NCBI GenBank assembly: GCA_000442015.1
Contig: KE561300.1
Span: forward strand, 1-64,000
Direction: 5' to 3'
Length of the DNA: 64,000 bases
Origin: Rozella allomycis CSF55
Taxonomy: Eukaryota
The translations under genes and the position numbers were made by a program. Under the pieces are notes generated by a model that was not told where the DNA came from, did no database searches, and saw only the letters and a program-made list of their open reading frames with translations. Below, piece by piece: positions 25,395 to 36,375 of this stretch. How positions within the stretch are numbered: position 1 is the first letter of the stretch; each line of letters opens with the position of its first letter.

Positions 25395-26336
25395 TTATTG
25401 GTTTTTCGCTTGAGAATTCCAAGGACCAGGTAAATTCCAAACTGTACCGGTACCAGCAGGCGGAACTTGATTTTGTCCGTTGTTGTTGCTTAAGGCCCAA
25501 TTAGGTTGTTGAGGTGCCCAAGTTTTACTAGCGTCAGCTGCAGATGGATATGTATAAGTTGATTGTGGATTCCAGTTACTTCCTGCACCTGCAGTTGATG
25601 GTGCATCAGGTTGAGTCGGAGGCTTACTAGCTTCAGCTCTTTGTGCGTTTGGTTGAGCTCTGTCTGTTTGTTGAGGGGTCCAATTACTTCCCCCAACATT
25701 ATTTTGTGTCTCTGCTGGCTGCGTTGATTGGGAGTTTGGATGAGTAGCATCAGAAGATGGATTTGTAGTCTGCGTATTTGGTGATTGTGTATTTCCAGTT
25801 CCAGCTGCTGGTTGTATTATCCCGTTGTTGTTTGCTGTAGATCCAGTAACGGTAGTTGGTTGAGCAGTGTTAGCAGTTGGTGTTGGACTGGCGGCTGTCC
25901 CAGCATTGGAATTTCCACCAGGTGCAACTGCCGCACTTGAAGGTTGGGAAGGTGCGGATGATCCACAAACGCCACCAGCACATTCCACTTGAAGAACACC
26001 GGCATTTGTGCTGCCTTCCAATGCAATAAATGCCGCTTCACTAACTTCAAACCCGCCTTCTGCTTGCCAAGCCATTGTCACAGTTATAGTTTTACCTTTG
26101 TAGTTTATGGTCATTTGTTTCCCACAATCACTTTGTCCTTCTTTGCGCCAAGGTGTTTCTCCTGTTCCCGGTGACCCACCATACATTCCATTTTGAATGT
26201 CTTTGTCTGTTTTTCCTAATGTTACAGACGGACAATCATTTTTTAGGTGATATTCGTGCCACCTTAATTCGAAACAAAGCGAGCAAGTTACAATAGCGAG
26301 ACCCAATACAGTTTTGTACAACATTTTGTGAAACAA
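25395..26336 (-). CDS. Secreted DPBB protein copy 2 with S/T/P/Q/N-rich tail
   Basis: Signal peptide; DPBB paralogous to 16617-16944; low-complexity tail with NW(T/N)PQ-like repeats; intronless. Confidence 0.75.
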   Translation of the reverse strand: MFHKMLYKTVLGLAIVTCSLCFELRWHEYHLKNDCPSVTLGKTDKDIQNGMYGGSPGTGETPWRKEGQSDCGKQMTINYKGKTITVTMAWQAEGGFEVSEAAFIALEGSTNAGVLQVECAGGVCGSSAPSQPSSAAVAPGGNSNAGTAASPTPTANTAQPTTVTGSTANNNGIIQPAAGTGNTQSPNTQTTNPSSDATHPNSQSTQPAETQNNVGGSNWTPQQTDRAQPNAQRAEASKPPTQPDAPSTAGAGSNWNPQSTYTYPSAADASKTWAPQQPNWALSNNNGQNQVPPAGTGTVWNLPGPWNSQAKNQ

Positions 26337-26469
26337 TTAGGAGATCAAGGAAGGGCTTTTTATAACCCTGCGTTCTATTTTTAGCATTTTACTCTATAAA
26401 TATTCAATATATTCTAAAGGGACGGATGTCGGATGTATTTTTAGACTTCATACATTGCCAATTTTACTA

Positions 26470-28864
26470 ATGTCAATTAATGGCATTTTACAAGTACAAT
26501 TATAAATGTATGTAAATCTAGGCGACTAGATATAAATTAAAGCTATCTAATTCAAATTTCAATGATGAGGAGCATAATGACGTTCTAATATTGGAAGAAG
26601 TAATTACGCTGTATTTATTGTTGAAAGAAAATTAAGATTTTGAAAGAAGATATGAAGATGATATCTAAATGCATTCGGCAGTTATTCTTTCAAGGATTGA
26701 TTGGCCAGCTTGAAGACCTCTATGATATTCAAAAGGAAGATATTGAAAAGAATCCGTTTGGGGTATTAGGCTTGTCTTTTATTAAAGCTGGAGATGATTT
26801 ATCAAGATCAAATGCGTTAGGTAGCAAGTTTTTTTTATTATGAAAGGTAACCTGTTGACTGCAGTCGGTAATTCGCAATTGGAGATTGCCAAAAACTTTC
26901 AGAATTTTGGCCAGTCATTGAATAATACTTTTTTGAATTCCATTAAACAATTCATTCAAGAAGACTTGAAAGATGCTTCTGTAAAGAATTTGATTTTGAA
27001 AGAATAGACGATGAAAAAGGAACTTGATAAAAAGTTTATGGAATACAATGTACAAAAGCAAAGATATCTAAAGGCTGCATCTTCTATAAAGGCAAGCATG
27101 GATAGAGATATAATTGTTCAAAAGGTACGTATGTGGGATATTAGTAGATAGGAAAAGGAAAAGTGTGATCAATTGGAGTATTCGTATCGGCATTTATTAC
27201 AATCAACTGAAATGCGGTATAAAAATATTTTAGAGGAAGGAAAAATTGCGAATTTATTACAGTTTGTCAAGTGCGAAATGGAATATTTTCAATCTTGTTT
27301 AGATTCGCTAAGCAAAGTCCACGACGTGTTGGATGACAATAATAAAAGAATAAAAATGGAGAGTCATAACAATTTAAAGGATGGGATTACAGTGTACGCA
27401 CTGTTTGACTATTATCCCCAGAATTTGGATGAATTAGCATTTAAGGCTGGAGACTACATTCAAATAACTGATCAGGGTAGAATTAAAATTATTTTTTGAT
27501 AGAAACGGAGTATGAAGGATGGTGGAAAGGCAGACTAGAGAACAAAATGGGCCTTGTTCCGTCCAACTATATATCATTTGAATCCGGCACAGCTATTGAA
27601 AATTTTAGCGCAATGGAAAATTCGTATCTTTCAATCCATAAAGGAGATGAAGTGTTTGTTATAAATAAAGACACTGGGGATGAATCTATTTGGCAGGGAT
27701 TTCTAAAAGATGAAATTGGATTCTTTCCCAGAAGAGTTCTTGACATCGGAGTGTAAAGTGCTTAATTATATTAAATATAGTGATGAAGAAGAAACCGAAA
27801 TGAGTAATAAAAGTAGAATAGTTTCAGAGATTGCAAAAAGGAGCTCATCAGTGAAAAGTTCTTGGCGCGGAAATATAGATAAAAATTCATTGAAACAACT
27901 TGTTGATATTTTAAAAAACATCCAAGAACAAATTTCATCTCCCGTTAGTTTTGAGTTTTTGGAAAATGTAGTTGTGATTCAAGAGATCATCAATGAAACA
28001 GAGCAATTAACAAAGAAATGCCAAGAATACTCCAATGAAAATAGCAAAGTTGATCCAAATGCGATAATTCAAATTTTGGAAGATTTGGTTTTAAAATGTT
28101 TAGCCTTTTCAAAGTCACTTCATTTTGTTCAAGAAAAAGTTTCATTTTTAAACTTGTTAAAGAAAGTTGCTTCTAGTTTAACATCTTTTATACAAGATAA
28201 ATCAAATGCACAAAATAGAACAAATTTTATTTCTTCAATTTCTAACTTTTTAGACTTAATTTTGCCCTACACTGAAAATAAATCAAATATGTATCAAGAC
28301 ATGATAGATCTTTTAAAGCAAACTTTTACTTCTTATCAATTGGCTGTAAGATCTACAAATCTATTAAAACCAAATGAAGATGACGCAAACTTATTAATTG
28401 GAATTTCGACATTGATTGAAAAGACTCAAACTATTCACAAATTTATAATATTAAGACATCAAGAATTGGAATTCTCTGAAAATTCCACCGCCATACTATT
28501 TTCGCGTTACCATGAATTTATCACATCTTTAACTTCATTAATTGATTTGTTAGAATCGTCTATAAAGAAACCTCTGGCCCCTTCGGTCTTTCAAAAAGCA
28601 TCTGAAAAATGCATAACAACGATTCTCGGGGTTTTCGATTCATCTAGGATTTCAAACGATGGCACTTCGTTAGCTCATTCTTCAATAACATTTTATACAA
28701 AAGAAATAAAGAATCAGTTAGAAAAATTATTCAAATCCATAACACGAAGCCGTTCTATGAGTGAAGATGAACTAGTACGCTCTCTACATGAACTTTGTGA
28801 TATTGCCAAAGTTGATGATTCCAATTCTTCTCAAGGAGGTGATAATGAATTAATGAAGATATAA
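26470..28864 (+). CDS. N-BAR + two SH3 + C-terminal helical domain protein (endophilin-like N-terminus)
   Basis: Spliced MSINGILQ.. BAR helices; SH3 ALFDYYPQNLDELAFKAGD..GWWKG..GLVPSNYI; second SH3 ..WQG..GFFP; 28-nt GT-AG intron 27753-27780 joins in frame to ORF 27710-28864. Confidence 0.75.
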
Positions 28865-28929
28865 TTCTAAATTGAAGCGATTTAATAAATTTATTGTCTA
28901 TAAATCAATTAAAAAATGTATTTGTTTCT

Positions 28930-29646
28930 TTATGATCTGGCAGCCATTTGGGCAAATCGGTCTGCCTTGTCATTCCAAATACTCTCCCAATTCTTCTTTC
29001 CTGTATGTGCCTTTACATGCCTCCAAATTATTCTCCTTTTGCCTCTAGTTTCTACCAATTCTTCAAGCAAATCCTTGTTCAAAACAGGTGTGCCATCAGA
29101 TTTTCTCCATCCTTTCCTAATCCACCCGTTAACCCATTCAGTCATGGATCGAATCAGCAGCATTGAATCAGAATAAATGTACAGTGGCTTCAATTGACCA
29201 GGATCTTCCTTGTTCGCTCTTCTCATGGCTTCTATCGCAGCTAAATATTCCGCTCGATTGTTTGTCTTTTTGGATTCTGAAAGTTTACCAGAAACGTTCC
29301 AGCTCTCGTTATGCGGAAATATAGCAGCCCATCCAGCCCTGCAATTCAGTGACCCGTTGCTAATCGCACTGCCGTCTGTAAAGCAAACCAACGTTTCCTT
29401 GTGCAGTGGATCTGGATCTTCACTATCGCGAACATTAAGAATATTCGCTTTAAATTTGGCATTATTATTCCGATTTCTCGCTTTTTGATTATTGGCACTG
29501 TTAAATCGTATAAATTGTTCAGCCTCCTTTTCTGTTCCAAACCTCTGATATTTAGAGTTGGGGAATCCTTTTATTTCCTTTTCAGCCGCATCCCAGTTTG
29601 GATAAACACCCGGGCGTCTTCCCACCGCGACTGCATAAAAGTACAT
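28930..29646 (-). CDS. RNH1: Ribonuclease H1 with N-terminal hybrid-binding (caulimovirus viroplasmin-like) domain, intronless
   Basis: YAVAVGRRPGVYPNW..F.TEKEAEQF hybrid-binding domain; catalytic FTDGS, TNNRAE, YSDS and HVKAH..WNDKAD. Confidence 0.95.
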   Translation of the reverse strand: MYFYAVAVGRRPGVYPNWDAAEKEIKGFPNSKYQRFGTEKEAEQFIRFNSANNQKARNRNNNAKFKANILNVRDSEDPDPLHKETLVCFTDGSAISNGSLNCRAGWAAIFPHNESWNVSGKLSESKKTNNRAEYLAAIEAMRRANKEDPGQLKPLYIYSDSMLLIRSMTEWVNGWIRKGWRKSDGTPVLNKDLLEELVETRGKRRIIWRHVKAHTGKKNWESIWNDKADRFAQMAARS

Positions 29647-29693
29647 TCGAATTTTCCCAATATATTTGTAAATTTTGCATTTGTAAATTTCGC

Positions 29694-30461
29694 ATGAAAA
29701 AATTGTTTGCGTGCATTTTCTTGTTCCTGCTCTTTAACGTTTGCCGCTCGATACCTACGATTCCGCCGGTGAGTTATCTTGTGATCCTTGGTGAACAAGT
29801 CAATTGGGCGCTCGAAGTTTTGAGCAGCGGGAGAACGTACTATTCGACGCTGCTTACCAGCAATGCATTGTCTGTTCAACACAAGGCCCTTTTGGTCAAT
29901 ACGATTTACGAGAAAAAATCAAGTGACAAGAGTTTCATCTACAGTATTGAGAGCATGGACGGCGGCCGATTGCAACTAGCTGAGCAGCTGTTTGAACATC
30001 ACGTTAGAGGCAAGTGTATAGTGGATTGTTTCAAAGCTGCCACTCGGCTTGTTAAGAATGTGAGGTATACAATGCGTGTGCAGCATCCGAGGTCGTATGA
30101 CACACATATTTTGGTAGAGGGCTTGCGACATAATTTACTGTTTGTCTTTGAGTATCAGCTGAAGAGGTTTAGGAAGCATGAACAGTTGCAGGCTGCGCGA
30201 GATGCCTTTGAAATTTTTGCTGAAGAGATAAAGGATTGGCATGTTGAAGATTTGGAACGTATGTATCAAAGACTTAAATTGAATTCCTTTAAGATTAGTG
30301 ACAATGAGATTGTAGAGTTTATTGACGCGACGTTTAATTCGTTTGGGATATACCACCCTGATTCGTATCTGGATATGGAAGAGTTTGATGAATCAGAGTA
30401 TAGTGAAACAGGGAGTCCTATCATAAAGGAAGTCACTCCTGTTTTTTCATTGGAAGAATAA
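29694..30461 (+). CDS. Orphan secreted protein (~255 aa), intronless
   Basis: ATG 29694 begins MKKLFACIFLFLLFNVCRS-IP (signal peptide pattern); no family recognised. Confidence 0.65.
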   Translation: MKKLFACIFLFLLFNVCRSIPTIPPVSYLVILGEQVNWALEVLSSGRTYYSTLLTSNALSVQHKALLVNTIYEKKSSDKSFIYSIESMDGGRLQLAEQLFEHHVRGKCIVDCFKAATRLVKNVRYTMRVQHPRSYDTHILVEGLRHNLLFVFEYQLKRFRKHEQLQAARDAFEIFAEEIKDWHVEDLERMYQRLKLNSFKISDNEIVEFIDATFNSFGIYHPDSYLDMEEFDESEYSETGSPIIKEVTPVFSLEE

Positions 30462-30537
30462 ACTGAGCTTACAGTAAAATGCATTAAATAAATCTATTTA
30501 AATGAAATACTATTTCCCTGTTTTCCAATTTTCGTAA

Positions 30538-33500
30538 ATGACAACTTTTATCGAAAGCCTTGGGTTTATACAAAAGAAGCTATCAAACCAACAAAAATAC
30601 AAAGTTGATAAAGATCAGAGCCACTTGCTGTGTATTTACGAGCATATTTTGTATATTGGCACTGGGAGCAAGATAGTTTCAGTGGATGCCAAGAGTTGTG
30701 AAAAAATAGATGCTGTCGAGTTGTCGGATGCTGTGAGTAATGTTGGAGTGAGTGGGTGTGGAACTGTTGTGTGTGTGAGTGGAGGGAGGGTTGTTGAATT
30801 TGCGATTGAGAAGGGGAGGTTTGGGGAGAAGAGGGAAATGGCTATTGAAGGGAGTGTAAAGAAGATTTGTTTTTTGAAGGATTGGATGGGTGTTTTGTGT
30901 GAGGGTAGGGTTGTGATTGTTAGGGAGGGTGAGGAGAGGGTGATTGAGGGATTGAGTTGTTGTAAGGGATTAATGATAATGTGATTGTAGTGGATGTTTT
31001 GGGCGATTGCTTTATTGGAATAAAGGATGGCAGATTGAAAAAGTTTGATTTAAAGAGAGATTTTGAGGAAGTGGATGGAGAGTGTAATGTAGGGGCTAGT
31101 GTGAAAGAGATTAAAGTGATGAATGAAGAGATGATTTTGATTGTTGATGAAGAAGATGAAGAAATAAAATATAGAGTGATTAATTTGAGAAATAAAGAAA
31201 CGGTTGAATTTGAAGATGAATGTGGGTTTGGGAGAGTAGAAGAAGCAAATAAATTACAATTCTATTTGAATGTTATTAAAAAATGGTAAAAATAAACTTT
31301 ATGGATGACAGGGGTGAATATAGAGATTTAGTTTTGATATGTAGAAGAGAAGGGATAGAATGCACATTGATAGGAAATGGAGAAAAGAGGATTGAAAAGT
31401 ATGGAATTGAAAATGAAGAAGAAAAGATAATGTTTCCAATTGATAAAGAAAGTGATGAAGATACATATCCAGTTGGAATGGTGATTGAGGAGAGCAAAGA
31501 TTCAATTGAAAAGAATGAAAAAAAGTATGAAAATTTGCCTAGAATTTGGGTTATGATTTCTAATGGAGAAATTTTATGTTTTAATTGTGTGAATTACGAG
31601 AAGAATGAATTTGAAGTTGAACAAGTTGAAGTTATTAAAGGGAATGTATTGGCTAACGAAGAGAAGGTAAAAGAAGAGAAGGTAGGAGAAGAGAGAGTTG
31701 AAATAAGAGAAGAGAGAGTTGAAAAAGAGAAAGAGAGAGTTGAAACAGTTCAAAGAGAAGAAGAGAGAGTTGAAAGAGAAGAAGAGAACGTTGAAAAAGG
31801 AGAAGAGAGAGTTGAAAAAGAAGAAGAGAGAGTTGAAACAGTCCAAAGAGAAGAAGAGAACGTTGAAGCAATTACTGAAACAGAAGAAGAGAGAGTTGAA
31901 ACAGTTATAGAAAAGGTAGAAGAGAATGTCAAGGATAAAGATAATTCTAGTTTTAAATTGGAAACAAGAAATGATTTTAACTTTTCCTTTGGTGGTTCAA
32001 ATAATTCTGAAACTAAATCTTTTAACTTTTCTAATTCATTCGGTGCTGTCAAATTTGATGCGAATCCTTCAATTAAGCCTACGAGTATATTTGATAAGAA
32101 ATCATCAACCACTACGTTGAATGCATCTGTAAATGAATCTAAACCTCCTTTGAGTATTTTTGGTGCTGATCCCTTCAGTACTAACAATGTGCCTAACACT
32201 TCTAATGTTTCTAGTTCAATTACTTCTAATGCTTCTAGTTCAAGTACTACTAATACTGCCAGTAAATCTTCTGCTTTTAACACTACATCTACTACTAATA
32301 CATTTAATACTAATATCGCTGGTAATTTCAACGCTGCTAATTCTACTACTATAACATCTAGTTCATTAAAGCCTACTGTAGCATCTAGTTCATTAAAACC
32401 TACCATAACTTCTAGTTCATTAAAAACTACTGTGGCGTCTATTAAGTCATCTTCCACTTCTACTGCATCTCCATTGTCTTTTGTTGAACCAAAGTCATTT
32501 GATGATCTAGTTGAGAATGAGCTGAGATTGTTTAGAAATGAAATGAATAAGATATCAGAGATGAGAGAACAATTTAAACCAATGGATGTAACTGTTGAAG
32601 AAATAGAGATGGATGTAAAAGAATTGAATGGAATTGTAAATAAAAATAGATTTGAGTGTCAAAATTGTTTAAATAGATTAATTGAAATTGAAGAAAAGAA
32701 AGAAAATATTTCTGAAATTTCCAACAATAATATTTCTGAAAATTCGTTAATTTATTTGACAGAAATTGAAAAGCCAATTAATAAAAAGATTAGAGAGATT
32801 CAAAGATCTTTATCAGATATAAAAGAATTTATAATAAATTTCAATAATAAACAAAAAAGAAATCAAAATTTATCATTTATTTATTCTTCCATTGAAAGAT
32901 TATCTTTAAAAGCTGAATTTACTTTAAAGGATTTAAATGAAATTGAAAAAAGTAAGAAAAAGAAGAATAGAAAAGAAAAGAGAATTGAGTTTAATGAAAA
33001 TCATTTGTTTAACAATTTTAAAGATAAATTGAATCTTTATTCACCCAAGAAGACTACATTCAAAGCAGAGAGAGTGAAAGGGGTCGAAGGGGTTGAGAGA
33101 GAAAGTGTTGAGAGAGAGGGGATTAAAGGGGTTGAAGTGCAAAAGGTTCAAGTTAAAGTTAAAGAGAATGTGTTTGGGGCAGTTGAAGTTAAACAAAGTG
33201 AGACTGTGAATGTTAAACCATTTGAGTTTAAAATAAATGAAAACTTGAATGTTAAACCATTTGAGTTTAAAAAGGATGAAAATGTGAATGTTAAACCATT
33301 CGAGTTTAAACCAAAAGAAACAAATAGTCCATTTAGTTTCAATCAAACCGCTAAAGTTGAAAATAATTTATTTCAATTCAATAAAGTTGAAAAAGAAGAT
33401 AAAAGTTCAAATCAAAATCTTAAATTTGATTTCAAAATTGTTGAAGAATCAAAATCATTAAATGAATCAATTGTCTCTCCTATTCCCTTTAAAGCAAATT

Positions 33501-34755
33501 TCAATATTGAAAACAAATATAATAAAGAAACTATCAAAGAAGAAGTTATTGAATCTCCCAAACAAGACATTGAGTCTTTTAAGCAAGATATTGAATCTCC
33601 CAAACAAGACATTGAATTTTCTAAGCAAGAACAACAACTCGAGTCTCCTGTTAAAGAAGTTAAAGATTCTCCAGTCATTGAAGTTTCAAAGTCTCCTGCT
33701 AAGCACGTGGTTGACTTTGCTAAAGAGTCTCCTCTTAAAGAATCCATTAAACCAACCATTAACGAAACAACTGTGTCTCCTGTGAATAAAGTTTCACCTA
33801 TTAAAGAATCTAATGAATCTTCGATTGAAATCCCCGTTAAATCTCCCATTGAAAGAGTATCAGTGGATTCACCAATTGAAATGACGACTTCACCCATCAA
33901 CGAAGATAACATTCAACCAATGTCTGCAATTGAAGAAAATATTTCCACAAGCTTAAGTTTTGGCAATCAAAAATATGAATCAAAACAATCAACTCCTTTT
34001 GTAGCTCCTCAACAATCTACATTCTTTCAACCAAACATTTCATTCAATAATTCATCTCAACCTTCAACTACTTTCAGTCAGGCCTCGTCAAGTGGTAATG
34101 CATTTGGTCAACCGTCTTCATCGTCCAGTGGCACAGCCTTTGGTCAGACGTCATCATTGAATTCTAATGCTCCAGCTTTTGGTCAAACGTCATCATTGAA
34201 TTCTAATGCTCCAGCTTTTGGTCAGACTTCTTCTTTAAGTTCGAATGCTCCAGCCTTTGGTCAGACCTCCTCTTTAAGTTCTAATGCTCCAGCCTTTGGT
34301 CAGACATCATCATTGAATTCTAATGCTCCAGCATTCGGCCAGTCCTCCTCTTTGAACGCCAATTCATCTGCTTTTGGTCAGACAACATTCGGTCAAACTT
34401 CTTCCTTATCTTCAAATGCGCCTGCTTTTGGTCAAACGTCGTCTTTAACCTCCAATACATCAGCGTTTGGTCAAACCTCATTTGGTTCGACAAACTTTGG
34501 ACAGACCTCTACATTTGGTTCTAATCCTTCTTCTTTTGGTTCTTTGGCTTCAAATAATACACCAGCATTCGGTCAATCATCGGCATTTGGGCAAAATGCT
34601 TTTGGTAGTGTGACACTCGGCCAAACCTCAAATAATGGATTTGGTACTTTTGGAAATCAAGTTAATCAACAGCAGAATTCGCAACAAAAACCAGTAAGAT
34701 AGCAATCTTTTTATTTAATTACAGGGGTACATCATTCACACAAAGAAGAGCTTAA
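30538..34755 (+). CDS. NUP214: FG-nucleoporin NUP214/Nup159-like
   Basis: N-terminal beta-propeller (DTYPVGM..LPRIWVMISNGEILCF), central coiled coil, C-terminal PAFGQTS repeats. Last exon uncertain: the ORF stops at 34702 without splicing. Confidence 0.8.
31655..31930 (+). repeat. Coding minisatellite encoding E/R/V-rich repeats (EEERVE)
   Basis: Repeated gaagagagagttgaaa units of ~21-30 nt inside the nucleoporin. Confidence 0.85.
34135..34630 (+). repeat. 39-nt coding tandem repeats encoding AFGQTSSL(N/S)SNAP FG repeats
   Basis: 13-aa period with synonymous variation between copies. Confidence 0.9.
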
Positions 34756-34789
34756 ATAAATTCATTCAATAATTATAAAATATTCTTAT

Positions 34790-35474
34790 TTATTGGATAA
34801 TATTATGAGATTTTTCTTCAATTTCATTCTTATGATCACTCAACATTGGTTTCGCTTCATAAATTGCAACCACCGCTTCTCTTTTCATCTACTGTCAAGA
34901 AAAATCATAATTTACTGGCGTATACTCTCCTTTAAATCCAATAAAATAAATCCTAGTCTTTTCACCCCCAAAATTGTCTTCAAAAAACAATGTCAATGTT
35001 TGCACATTCGAAAACTTTGATACTCTGTCTCTCTCTACAATAACCCTTACTTTGTCACATACTCTGCACACTCTTCATACTCCTGCCTCGCCATCTCAAA
35101 CTCTTGCGTCGGCTCAACTTGCATCACATTATCAAAATCTACGTCCATATTCACAAACCTTTCACCTAAATTCAAACATCTTACGCCTTGCACAAACTGG
35201 GACTTTCATCACCACCCTCACTGAACACGCTGATACTCCTGATCTTTATAGATCCTGTAAACGGAATCCGCAATATTATCTGGGAATCAACATCGCTCTC
35301 TACAAAATAACGCTTGCTCAACCTTTCACAGTACGGCCTGAATATCTTTGCTGCATTAGACTCTGCCGTGCAATTAAGACTTGTTACGTTTGCAACATCT
35401 ACATGTGCAAAGAGTGAATATTGTGAATTCAAGTCTTCTTCGATGGAGCTGTGCGAATGGCTGCAGTTGCACAT
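34790..35474 (-). CDS. PITHD1: PITH domain protein
   Basis: ESDVDSQIILRIPFTGSIKIRSI; later exons KFSNVQTLTLFFEDNFGGEKTRIYFIGFKGE and AIYEAKP. Confidence 0.88.
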
Positions 35475-35507
35475 TTTTTATTACGAAATTCGGGAATTGA
35501 CTAGGGA

Positions 35508-36067
35508 ATGCTGGCGGATATTGATGGAAATGAGTTTGGAGAGGCTACCGTGGATTCTCGAGGAGAAAATAGGATTTGGTTTGATTTAGTTGATGATGAG
35601 GTCGAGAAACAAATGTGGACGAGATTAAGGGAGAGGTATACCGTAAAGGGCGATAGGATTTTGGTGAAAACACGATATTATGAAACTACGCTGCTGGTTA
35701 CAGAGTTTGAACCCCATCTAGTTGTTTCGGATAGATGTGTAGAGAGAACTACACACTTTGGCCATTATCTGTGTTTGACAGAGACGGACGAACACAAGGC
35801 GGATTATTCATATCTACCTTTGTGCGATGAGCAAGATTGGGTAGATTTTTTTACATTTATTGAAACTTTTGAATGGCCGTTTCTTGAAACAGCAAGTATG
35901 CGGGAACAAGTGGACGGACTTGATGACCTGTTTAATTCACTCAGAAAAGCTAAAGGTATGGTTTCATGTTAAATGCAATAGAACATGCTGACGGCTTAGA
36001 TGGAAATCAAAGGAAAAAGTTTGCAAATAGTTACGCGAATCTATTTGCTGAGGCTTTGGGTTTATAA
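35508..36067 (+). CDS. Alpha/gamma-adaptin binding protein p34 (AAGAB/Irc6)-like, compact
   Basis: VKTRYYET segment and spliced C-terminus LDDLFNSLRKAK/EHADGLDGNQRKKFANSYANLFAEALG resemble the AAGAB/Irc6 tail. Confidence 0.6.
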
Positions 36068-36165
36068 ATTGGATACCAGAATAGTGAACACAACCACGAC
36101 ATAAAGCAATATATATCAATCTTATACCATTCAAATGAATTTCAGCAATTTACTTTAAAACTACA

Positions 36166-36192
36166 TTTGAATCTGTAGTCTACAGATTCAAA
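36166..36192. repeat. 13-bp perfect inverted repeat with 1-nt spacer
   Basis: TTTGAATCTGTAG-T-CTACAGATTCAAA in the AAGAB-PCT1 intergenic region. Confidence 0.85.
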
Positions 36193-36375
36193 ATCCACTT
36201 TATAGTGCTGGTGCATATTAAGCTTCACATTTATGCCAAGCATTTGCTTAGTTTTTGATTTCCTGAAAACTATATATTCTATGTAAATTTTCACATCATA
36301 TAGCTGTTTTGACTTGACACGCAATATTCTTTTTTGCTTTATCTTTTAAGCCACAATTTGCTTGTAAATTGTTAA

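Noticed and set aside
28930-29646. RNase H as part of a retrotransposon
   Set aside because: No RT, integrase, gag or LTRs nearby, and it has the cellular RNase H1 hybrid-binding domain.
3425-33912. Numerous S/F/L-rich antisense ORFs (e.g. 3425-4084, 20483-20923, 31750-32457, 33412-33912)
   Set aside because: Shadow frames of E/K-rich or low-complexity genes on the opposite strand.
34135-34630. Regularly spaced ~39-nt repeats resembling a CRISPR array
   Set aside because: In-frame FG-nucleoporin repeats with synonymous variation, no unique spacers and no cas genes; eukaryotic context.
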